Assembly (NCBI GenBank): GCA_964587725.1
Contig: CAZPLO010000001.1
Coordinates: forward strand, 32,001-96,000
Length of the DNA: 64,000 bases
Direction: 5' to 3'
Source of the DNA: an uncultured archaeon
GTDB lineage: Archaea; Altiarchaeota; Altiarchaeia; IMC4; SCGC-AAA252-I15
Numbering within the stretch: the stretch's first letter is position 1; each line of letters starts with the position of its first letter. Below, one piece after another: positions 30,444 to 38,763 of this stretch. Under the pieces are notes generated by a model. That model was not told the origin of the DNA, ran no database searches, and saw nothing but the letters and a program-made list of their open reading frames with translations. The translations under genes and the position numbers were made by a program.

Positions 30444-30713
30444 CTAGTCCTCCAGGTCTTCGCCTGCGGACTCTGACTCGCCCGCCGGCACCTTCATGAC
30501 CGACTGAAGCTTCTCTATTATCCCGTTTACTATCTCCTCCTCGGGCGGGAAACCAATCCCCCTCTGGTATCTCTTCTCCCCCTCTGGGGTGTAGTAGCCC
30601 TTGCTTATGTTCAAGAACACCGCGTTGTCTGGCATGACGCGCTTCTTTGATATCTCAATAAACTTGTTGCGTCCGTAGTCCACGTATTCTCCGGATATTG
30701 TCTCGTATTCCAT
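30444..30713 (-). CDS. Small PC4/Whirly-like putative nucleic-acid-binding protein
   Basis: KFIEISKK...FLNISKGYYTPEGEKRYQRGIGFP beta-hairpin pattern, acidic tail. Confidence 0.55.
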   Translation of the reverse strand: MEYETISGEYVDYGRNKFIEISKKRVMPDNAVFLNISKGYYTPEGEKRYQRGIGFPPEEEIVNGIIEKLQSVMKVPAGESESAGEDLED

Positions 30714-30786
30714 TTCCTTACCTCAAAACCTAAAGCCTAGTTTATAAGTAATCTATATTATAATTTAAATAGGAGAGGGTGAGAGA

Positions 30787-31212
30787 TTGACTTCTAAGGG
30801 ACAGGCTTCGCTGGAGTACATGGTTATGCTGGCCATTTCGCTGGCGGTGTTCGCCGCCGTACTGTACGTCACCAGCATCCTCATCAGCACGAGCAGCGTT
30901 CAGGTGGGGGTGGACTCTGCCAACCGGGCTGTTGAGAAGCTCAAGTCTGCGGCGGACTTCATATACGTCCACGGCCACCCGTCGAGGACGGAGGTGAACG
31001 TCTACATACCCCCGAACATAGAAAACATGGACATCGTCGGCCGAAACAACAGTCTGAGGGCTAGGGTGGCGGTGGGGGAGACGTACACGGACATATACGG
31101 CGTGACGAAGGGGAAGATTTACGGCGATTTGTCCTACGTGGACAAGGAAGGATACTACGTTTTGAGGGTGGAGTCGACTTCCCCCCACACCATAAACATC
31201 AGCGTGTTATGA
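30787..31212 (+). CDS. Pilin-like protein B1 (paralog of A1)
   Basis: KG|QASLEYMVML; AADFIYVHG..RTEVNVYIP. Confidence 0.8.
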   Translation: MTSKGQASLEYMVMLAISLAVFAAVLYVTSILISTSSVQVGVDSANRAVEKLKSAADFIYVHGHPSRTEVNVYIPPNIENMDIVGRNNSLRARVAVGETYTDIYGVTKGKIYGDLSYVDKEGYYVLRVESTSPHTINISVL

Positions 31213-32160
31213 ATGCTCATGGACCGCAGAGCACAAGCGAGTATAGAGTTCATGGTGGTGGTGGGCGTAGTGCTGATGGTGTTCATCATACTCGGGTACG
31301 TCGTCTACAGGAATTTCGTGAAAAGCAATGACCTGAAGATACACATAGACGGCACCCGGGTGGCCAACCACGTGGCCGACAGCATCAACACAGTCAACGT
31401 CCTCGGCGACGGCTACAGCACCACCTCCATGGTCCCTGGCACACTCTACGGAGGCCGCCCGTACACCGTCAACTTCTACGAGAACGAGTCCGCAGTGTAT
31501 TTGATGGGGAGCGGGTTCTCAACAGGCAGCGAACTCACCTTCAGCAGCCCGTTGTATACGAGCCAGATAGAATGCCTGCTCCCCGGTTGCGCCTCGGGAT
31601 GCAACCAGACCGGCGGGGAACAGTGCCTGCAGGTCAACGACTCCATGACTGTGAAGCTGACGGGGTGGGGTGGAAGTGTGTACTTGAGCCCGAAGTTCAA
31701 CGTGGAACAGCAGAGCTTGAGGGGGGATGTAGTGTCTTATACCTCATACCAGGACCCCGACCCCTTCGCGGCCGAAGGCTTCGTATTGGGCGAGGAAGTG
31801 AACTGGAACGTGATGTATGTACATGAGAACGTCGACGACGGCTCGTTGAGCCTGGTGTTCAGCCTTAACCTGTCGGGGGAGGGGTTTAGGGCCGACGTCG
31901 AGGAGGTCTTGGGGGAGCGGGTGGAGTTCGGGTCGAACGATGACTTGGACGAATTCAACATGGACGTCGTGCCAGGAGCCGACGAGGGCCGGTGGAGTTC
32001 CGGCGGAGGGGACGTCGACGGAGGCTACGTGAAATACGCCGGCGGATTCAGGGTGTGCGTGCAGCCGGAGACCATGCCGTCCGTGGAGTGGAGGTTCCTC
32101 AGCTCCGACGGAAACCACCTGACATTATACGATGAGAGAGTATGCGTAACGTATCCGTGA
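31213..32160 (+). CDS. Pilin-like protein B2 (paralog of A2) with C-terminal extension
   Basis: RA|QASIEFMVVVG; VADSINTV..LGDG. Confidence 0.78.
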   Translation: MLMDRRAQASIEFMVVVGVVLMVFIILGYVVYRNFVKSNDLKIHIDGTRVANHVADSINTVNVLGDGYSTTSMVPGTLYGGRPYTVNFYENESAVYLMGSGFSTGSELTFSSPLYTSQIECLLPGCASGCNQTGGEQCLQVNDSMTVKLTGWGGSVYLSPKFNVEQQSLRGDVVSYTSYQDPDPFAAEGFVLGEEVNWNVMYVHENVDDGSLSLVFSLNLSGEGFRADVEEVLGERVEFGSNDDLDEFNMDVVPGADEGRWSSGGGDVDGGYVKYAGGFRVCVQPETMPSVEWRFLSSDGNHLTLYDERVCVTYP

Positions 32161-32162
32161 CG

Positions 32163-34412
32163 ATGAAGAAGGGGCAGATTTTCACGTGGGACATGATATT
32201 CGGGATTACGGTATTCCTGGTCGCCCTGGTGTTGGTGGTTTACCTGTGGGAGGCATCCTACCGTGAGCTCCGTCATGCGGAGGAAGCCTATGGGATGAAC
32301 TGGCTTGCGGAGACGGTGTCGGAGCAGCTGGTGCGCACCGGCGGAGAGCCTCATTACTGGATTCCTGAGCAGGTGGTGGCATACGGATTAGCGGAGGTGC
32401 GCGGAGGGGAGGTGGCCGTGGATCCCCATGATCTGCAGATCAAGGTTTCGAGGAAGCCTGTGGAGAGCAGGGTGTTGGACGCGGACAAGATACTGTACCT
32501 GATAAAAGCCTTCCAAGAAGACTACGAGGGAGTCAGGAACAGGATGCTCGGTTCCTCCAGATACGATCTGTATGTGGAGCTGTCGTGCGTCAACCGCAGC
32601 GACCTCACCTGCCTGCAGGGATTGCACCTGGACAACGTCAACGAACCCGTGCACTGCACAAACACCAGGGTAAGCGTCAGCGGATTCAGGACAGACAGTT
32701 ACGTGTGGCTGGAGGCCGAGGACGTGTGGGGCAGCCCATCATCATCATTCTGCCTGAAGGGATGCAGCGGCGGAAACACGAGCAGGATAGATGATGTGGA
32801 ACCTGTGACAGTGGGCATAGACCCGGGAAAGTACCAGATATGGGTTCGGGCCTACGAAGACAACAGCGACGCCAAGATAGTGTTGGATGGCGTGGAACAC
32901 GGGATATATGGCCTCAGGCGACCGGGCAGCCTGGGGTGGAGCCACGTTGGCGAACAGGATCTCGACAGCGAAGTGGTGATAGGGTTCGCCGACACGGAGG
33001 ATGGAAACCGGGTGGATGCTGTACTGCTTTCAACCGAAGGATCCTACACCCCCGGCGTAGAAAACATAGAATTTTACGGCAACCCCAACACCTTCGAATC
33101 GTGTATAATTGGAAATCCGAGTGAGGGAAGCGATACTGTGAGCTCCGCCAAAACCGCGGTGGTTGGCGTGCCCCTGAGCAGGACGGAGTTGCTGGGGGGC
33201 GTGCACAGGATACTCGACAAAGTGGTTGAGGTGAAGGTGGTTGTGTGGGGCGGGGAGGCTCTGCCGCCGCGTGAGATATCCGGGGAGTCGGCGACAACAA
33301 CGACTACTACCCTGCCTCCAACGGACATAATATGCAGCGGCGGTGAACTGACGGAATACTGCGTAGCCAACTACCCGCCGGCCATAGACGTGACCGGCGT
33401 TAAGTTCTCCGGGGGGAACACGCTGTCGTGCGGAGACAGCAAGGACTTTACGGTGTCGTGGAGGGGCACCCACCTCAGGGACCCCAACTATTTCGCGTTC
33501 TACTTAGACAACAGGAGCTTCTTCCTCGGCGCCTGCAGCAGCTTCGTGGACGAAGGCGACCTCGGCTACCACAATTACAACATGAGCTGCGCCGTGGACG
33601 TGCCGGAAGGGCTGGATGTGGTGGACGGGCAGCACGAGTTTATCGTAACCGCAGAAGACGAGGACGGATACTGCATGCCCGGTGACGAACGTGCCGACGA
33701 CCAGGAATCCTACGCCGTCAACATCCAGAACTGTCTCGGCTACGCCAACCTGCCCTGTTCGCAGACGTACGGCAAGAAGAGTGGGTGCGTGGAGAACGTG
33801 AACAGCGTGGACACAGTATACAGGATGGAGTCGAACGGTCTGGAGTGCACCAACTACGGCAACACCGCGGACACCTACTGGGGCGGCGGCCACGGAGACA
33901 GTGGGACAGTGTACTGGACCTATCTCCTGGAGGTCGACGGCTCATACGTGTGCCTCGCCACCTGCGAGTCCACGGGGGCGACAGCACACTATAACATGAG
34001 CTGCACGTTGAACCTGGGATCCGACTGCGACGGAAATCCATTAAACATTCCGGACGGACAGTACCGTCTGCTGGTTACCGCGGAAACCCACCCCGAAAAC
34101 TACTGCAGAGACCCAGAGGCCGCGGATGCTGTGGGCTCCGGCACGGTGTCTTGGAGCTGCGAAACCGGAGGGAGTAACGTCTTACTCACGTATTATATAG
34201 CCGACGCGTCCGGCGTCGAAGAGGCGGAACTATACTCTGACGTGTCAGGCAGCTGGGGTTACACCGCGGTTGAACCAGCCCCCACCCATAATGCGGGGGA
34301 GAATGCGGTGTTGTTGGTGAACGTGCCCCCAGGCACCTACCAGTGGAACATCAAACTACAGCCCCTGAGAGGCTTCTTATATGGGGAAAACCAAGTTTTT
34401 ACTGTGGAGTAA
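32163..34412 (+). CDS. Pilin-like adhesin B3 (paralog of A3) with CBM-like and tandem Cys/Ig-like domains
   Basis: KKG|QIFTWDMIFG; TGGEPHYW; WLEAED...YQIWVR; two YNMSC...DGQ..TAE repeats. Confidence 0.72.
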   Translation: MKKGQIFTWDMIFGITVFLVALVLVVYLWEASYRELRHAEEAYGMNWLAETVSEQLVRTGGEPHYWIPEQVVAYGLAEVRGGEVAVDPHDLQIKVSRKPVESRVLDADKILYLIKAFQEDYEGVRNRMLGSSRYDLYVELSCVNRSDLTCLQGLHLDNVNEPVHCTNTRVSVSGFRTDSYVWLEAEDVWGSPSSSFCLKGCSGGNTSRIDDVEPVTVGIDPGKYQIWVRAYEDNSDAKIVLDGVEHGIYGLRRPGSLGWSHVGEQDLDSEVVIGFADTEDGNRVDAVLLSTEGSYTPGVENIEFYGNPNTFESCIIGNPSEGSDTVSSAKTAVVGVPLSRTELLGGVHRILDKVVEVKVVVWGGEALPPREISGESATTTTTTLPPTDIICSGGELTEYCVANYPPAIDVTGVKFSGGNTLSCGDSKDFTVSWRGTHLRDPNYFAFYLDNRSFFLGACSSFVDEGDLGYHNYNMSCAVDVPEGLDVVDGQHEFIVTAEDEDGYCMPGDERADDQESYAVNIQNCLGYANLPCSQTYGKKSGCVENVNSVDTVYRMESNGLECTNYGNTADTYWGGGHGDSGTVYWTYLLEVDGSYVCLATCESTGATAHYNMSCTLNLGSDCDGNPLNIPDGQYRLLVTAETHPENYCRDPEAADAVGSGTVSWSCETGGSNVLLTYYIADASGVEEAELYSDVSGSWGYTAVEPAPTHNAGENAVLLVNVPPGTYQWNIKLQPLRGFLYGENQVFTVE

Positions 34413-34413
34413 C

Positions 34414-36522
34414 ATGAGGTGGCAGCATATTATGGTGGTGGCGGTTCTTGCTTCCGCGGCCGCGGGGCAGCTGTCGATGCAGGTGGACGAGAGCAGCCAG
34501 ACCTCCGGCGGCGGAGAATCCGTGGAATACGGTTTAACGGTCACCAACGATGGAGCCGCCACACTGTGGGTGGACTTCCAGGCAATCGGTTTAAGCGAGG
34601 GTATGTCGGCTGCGATAGTCTACCGGGGGGGTTTCCTGGCTCCAGGAAACTCAAAAAATGCGATGGTGAAGGTGACGTCGGCCCCGTATGTTCCTGTCGG
34701 CTCATATCCCCTGCAGTTGAAGGCGATACCGTCTGAGGGAATCCCTGTTGAAGTATCCGTAACATACAACGTGAACTCCACCCCCGTCACCACCACAACA
34801 CTGTACCCGCCCACAACAACATCTTCAACCACTACGACACAGCCGACGACGTCGACCACAGTACCAACCAACGAAACCAGCACATCAACCAGCACACCAA
34901 GTTCGTCAACAAGTAGCACCTCATCCAGCACCAGCACGGCACCGTCAACCGCCTCAACCAGCTCATCATCAACCACCACGCCAAGTTCAACAAGCACGGC
35001 ACCTTCTACCACAACCAGCACCGAAACACCCACTACAACCACACTACCTCCAACCACCACGACCATAGTCAACATCACCACCACAACCTCCACAACCCAG
35101 CCGACCACCACCACCATACCCTCCTCCCTCGTGGCGGAGGGGACGGTGTACAGCTGCCCCGGCTCCTGCTACGACACCTACTGGTTCGACTCATCCAGCT
35201 TGTGCGGCGGCGCGCAGATAGGGGACTGGGTTGGCTTCTACACCGGCGTGGAAACAGGGAACTGCTATCAGATTGCAGACACGTACTGCGACTACTGCTG
35301 GGACATATACCCGTGCGTGGATTTAGGGGTTCCGGTGAGGATAGCCACGAACGACCAGTTCAAGGTCTGGGGGCTGCAGGCCGACTGCCTTAACACGGTT
35401 CCGTCAACCACGACAACCACCCTGGCGCCGACCACAACGACACTGGCCCCCACAACCACTACAGTCACCAACGCCACAACCACCACACAGGCTCCGACCA
35501 CCACGACCACGCCTTCTGGGCAGATACTCCAGGGCACAGTATACAGCTGCTGGGAAGACTGCGCCAACGCAGACTACATAGACTCAACAGCACTCTGCGG
35601 GCCGGCGCAAACCGGAGACTACATAGGCTTCGCCACCGGACCCTCCGCGGGAACATGCGTTGAAATAATAGACCTGTACTGCGACGGATGCTGGAACATC
35701 GATTTCAACTGCGTCGGATTCCCCACCCCGTTGACCATACAACCAGGAGACACCTTCGAAATATACGCCACACAGACGGAATGCGCAACCAACATGCCAT
35801 CGACCACAACCACAACATCCACGACAACCACCCTGGCGCCGACCACAACCATACCACCAACCACAACCACACGACCAACAGGCATGATACTCCAAGGCAC
35901 AGTATACAGCTGCCCCGAACCATGCGACAACACAGACTACATAGACTCAACAGCACTCTGCGGGCCGGCGCAAACCGGAGACTACATAGGCTTCGCCACC
36001 GGACCCTCCGCGGGAACATGCGTTGAAATAATAGACCTGTACTGCGACGGATGCTGGAACATCGATTTCAACTGCGTCGGATTCCCCACCCCGTTGACCA
36101 TACAACCAGGAGACACCTTCGAAATATACGCCACACAGACGGAATGCGCAACCAACATGCCATCGACCACAACCACAACATCCACGACAACCACCCTGGC
36201 GCCGACCACAACCATACCACCAACCACAACCACACGACCAACAGGCATGATACTCCAAGGCACAGTATACAGCTGCTGGGAAGACTGCGCCAACGCAGAC
36301 TACATAGACAGCCCCAGCCTATGTGGAGGCACCCAGGTAGGAGATTGGGTCGGCTTCTACAACGGCACCGAGGCAGGGAACTGCTACGAAGTAATAGACA
36401 TATACTGTGACTACTGCTGGGGGGACTACCCGTGCATAGGGACCGGCTTGGGAATGCAGCTGACGGAGGGAGACCTCTTCAGGGTGTGGGGGGCGCAGAC
36501 GGAGTGTGTAAACTCGTTCTGA
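34414..36522 (+). CDS. Secreted mucin-like Thr-rich protein with four Cys-rich repeat domains
   Basis: Signal peptide, Ig-like N-domain, Thr/Ser linkers, 4x GTVYSC...LCG...GD..GF...C...YCD.CW. Confidence 0.8.
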   Translation: MRWQHIMVVAVLASAAAGQLSMQVDESSQTSGGGESVEYGLTVTNDGAATLWVDFQAIGLSEGMSAAIVYRGGFLAPGNSKNAMVKVTSAPYVPVGSYPLQLKAIPSEGIPVEVSVTYNVNSTPVTTTTLYPPTTTSSTTTTQPTTSTTVPTNETSTSTSTPSSSTSSTSSSTSTAPSTASTSSSSTTTPSSTSTAPSTTTSTETPTTTTLPPTTTTIVNITTTTSTTQPTTTTIPSSLVAEGTVYSCPGSCYDTYWFDSSSLCGGAQIGDWVGFYTGVETGNCYQIADTYCDYCWDIYPCVDLGVPVRIATNDQFKVWGLQADCLNTVPSTTTTTLAPTTTTLAPTTTTVTNATTTTQAPTTTTTPSGQILQGTVYSCWEDCANADYIDSTALCGPAQTGDYIGFATGPSAGTCVEIIDLYCDGCWNIDFNCVGFPTPLTIQPGDTFEIYATQTECATNMPSTTTTTSTTTTLAPTTTIPPTTTTRPTGMILQGTVYSCPEPCDNTDYIDSTALCGPAQTGDYIGFATGPSAGTCVEIIDLYCDGCWNIDFNCVGFPTPLTIQPGDTFEIYATQTECATNMPSTTTTTSTTTTLAPTTTIPPTTTTRPTGMILQGTVYSCWEDCANADYIDSPSLCGGTQVGDWVGFYNGTEAGNCYEVIDIYCDYCWGDYPCIGTGLGMQLTEGDLFRVWGAQTECVNSF
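35570..36276 (+). repeat. Intragenic direct repeat: 344 bp copies at 35570-35913 and 35933-36276 (period 363 bp = 121 codons)
   Basis: Direct sequence comparison; identical antisense ORFs offset by 363 in the ORF track. Confidence 0.92.
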
Positions 36523-36555
36523 CGGGTTTTTAGACCCTAGTCTGTATTATAGTAC

Positions 36556-38028
36556 ATGGTCGCGTGGAGGAGGATAGCGTCTGAAACCCCCAGGTATCTG
36601 CCATACGCATTACTCGCCGTGATGGTGCTGGGGCATTTCATAGGGTTCTCCGCGACCGTGTTGAACGAGTTCAACAGGTTCTGGTACGGGAACTTCGACC
36701 TCGGCATACCAGACCAGGGCATGTGGCTGCTGTCGCGGTTCCACAACCCCTACCTGACGACGAGGGGCCTGCATTTGTTCGGAGACCACGCATCCTACAT
36801 ACACCTTCTGGTGGCGCCCCTGTACTGGATATGGAATGATGTGAAGGCGCTGCTGCTGCTCCACACCGCAGTCCTCGCGATAGGGGCGGTGCCCGTGTAC
36901 CTGCTGGCTAAAGACAGATTCGGAGACCGGTGGACTCCCCTGGTCTTCTCCCTCTCCTACCTGATGCTGCCTGCGCTTCATTACAGCAACCTCGACCAAG
37001 GATACCACTACGAGTCGTTCATGGTTCCGCTGATGCTGTTCGGCCACTGGCTCCTCACCCGCAAAAAAACCCGGCTGTACTACGGCACCGTTTTCCTGTC
37101 GCTGATATGTAAGGAGGAGATTGCGTTGACGTACATACTCTACGGGCTGTACGTGGCGTTGAAGCACGACCGCCGCGCAGGATTGACAACCTCCGTGGTT
37201 TCGCTAGTGTACCTGCTGGCAGTGATGACTGTGCTGCTGCCGGCGTTCAACCAGGAGGGCGCGTTCTACAGCGGCAGGACACTTGGCTCGTACGGAGACA
37301 CCATGGGGGAGAAAATAAGAAGCCTCACCAACCCCTACTTCATGGAGGACAAAATCAACACCCCCGTGAACAGGAGATACGTGAAGGAGGTGCTGGCGCC
37401 CGTAGGCTACCTGCCGGTGTTAGAGCCGCTGGCGATAGCGTCTTCCGGTTCGCTGTGGCTTAACCTCCTCCAGGACTGGCCGTACGCCCACCATATACAG
37501 TACCACTATGTCACACCCATCATACCGATGATTTACATCGCCCTCATAGCCGGCGTCGGAAGGTTCAAAAATAATCTGTGGCTGAAGCAGGTGCTTTTGT
37601 TCACGGTCCTCGCATCCGCCGTGATAGGAAACTACCTGTACGCGCCCGACCAGAGCAGCCTCCGAGACCCAGGGCGAATGCTGGAGGAGGTTAGGAACTT
37701 CGACCGCGTGTCGGACGAGAACAGGGAGATACTCGAGTTGATGGAGTCCATACCCGACGACGCCTCCGTGTCGGCTTCATACGACTTCGTCAGCCACCTC
37801 AGCCACCGCATAACAATCTACATGTTCCCCAACCCCTTCCGCGTCAACCTCTACGGCATAGACGACAAAGGCGTCCACCCGGACCGGCGTGTCGACTACG
37901 TGCTCCTGGACGCCCGCCTCACAGATGAGGAGGAAAGGGAACACGGCACCGTCAGCATGGTGAGGGACGAATACGAGCTGGTAGACGGCAGGGGGTACGC
38001 GCAGCTGTGGAAGAGAAAAAGTGAATAA
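36556..38028 (+). CDS. DUF2079 GT-C-like membrane protein
   Basis: FDLGIPDQ, FGDHAS, YHYE, CKEE, YHY, SHLSHR. Confidence 0.82.
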   Translation: MVAWRRIASETPRYLPYALLAVMVLGHFIGFSATVLNEFNRFWYGNFDLGIPDQGMWLLSRFHNPYLTTRGLHLFGDHASYIHLLVAPLYWIWNDVKALLLLHTAVLAIGAVPVYLLAKDRFGDRWTPLVFSLSYLMLPALHYSNLDQGYHYESFMVPLMLFGHWLLTRKKTRLYYGTVFLSLICKEEIALTYILYGLYVALKHDRRAGLTTSVVSLVYLLAVMTVLLPAFNQEGAFYSGRTLGSYGDTMGEKIRSLTNPYFMEDKINTPVNRRYVKEVLAPVGYLPVLEPLAIASSGSLWLNLLQDWPYAHHIQYHYVTPIIPMIYIALIAGVGRFKNNLWLKQVLLFTVLASAVIGNYLYAPDQSSLRDPGRMLEEVRNFDRVSDENREILELMESIPDDASVSASYDFVSHLSHRITIYMFPNPFRVNLYGIDDKGVHPDRRVDYVLLDARLTDEEEREHGTVSMVRDEYELVDGRGYAQLWKRKSE

Positions 38029-38076
38029 TTTAAATGAATTATAAAATAGTTTGAAGATAAGTTCAAATAATTTAAA

Positions 38077-38763
38077 ATGCCCGAGTACAGCGTGTTGATT
38101 CCCGTATACAACGAGGAGGCGATACTGGAGGAGAAGCTGAAGCAGCTGGCAGACTACCTTGACGTCTTCAACCCCGACTACGAGGTCATCGTGTGCAGCA
38201 ACGGCAGCAACGACCGTACGGACGAGGTAGGAGAGTCGTTGGGGATGCCGAAGGTCAGGTTCGCCGCCATCCCCGACAGGGGTGTGGGCAGGGCCTTCAA
38301 AAAAATGGTTCAGGAAGCCGGAAGCGAAAAAATTATTTCGATGGACGTGGATTTGAGCTCCGACCTCGAGTTCATACCAGAGTGCGTGCGCATGCTAGAC
38401 GAATACGACGTCGTAGTCGGCTCAAAACGGAAGGGGGAGCAGGAGCGGCAGTGGCACCGGACCTTCATAAGCGGCGTGTTCATTTGGATGGTTAAGGTGC
38501 TGCTCGGCCTAACATACGGGGACTACAGCATCGGCACCAAGGGTTGGCGGCGGAGCAGCATAATAGGGTACGTTGATGGAATAGACCACGGCAGCTCCTA
38601 CGTGGTGGAACTCATATACTATGTGGAACGCTCAGGCGGGAAGGTCATCGAGGTGCCCGTGTACTGTTCGGACACCCGGGGCAGCAGATTCAATCTCGTG
38701 CACGAGGTGTTCTACAGACTGAAGAACCTTTTAAGCTTCTGGCTGCGGCCGAAGACCGTGTAG
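38077..38763 (+). CDS. GT2 glycosyltransferase (dolichol-phosphate glycosyltransferase-like)
   Basis: IPVYNEE, NGSNDRT, MDVD, VVVGS. Confidence 0.88.
   Translation: MPEYSVLIPVYNEEAILEEKLKQLADYLDVFNPDYEVIVCSNGSNDRTDEVGESLGMPKVRFAAIPDRGVGRAFKKMVQEAGSEKIISMDVDLSSDLEFIPECVRMLDEYDVVVGSKRKGEQERQWHRTFISGVFIWMVKVLLGLTYGDYSIGTKGWRRSSIIGYVDGIDHGSSYVVELIYYVERSGGKVIEVPVYCSDTRGSRFNLVHEVFYRLKNLLSFWLRPKTV

Noticed and set aside
34780-36250. Repeats as a possible CRISPR array
   Set aside because: They are in-frame Thr-codon runs and domain duplications; there is no constant repeat with unique spacers and no cas genes.
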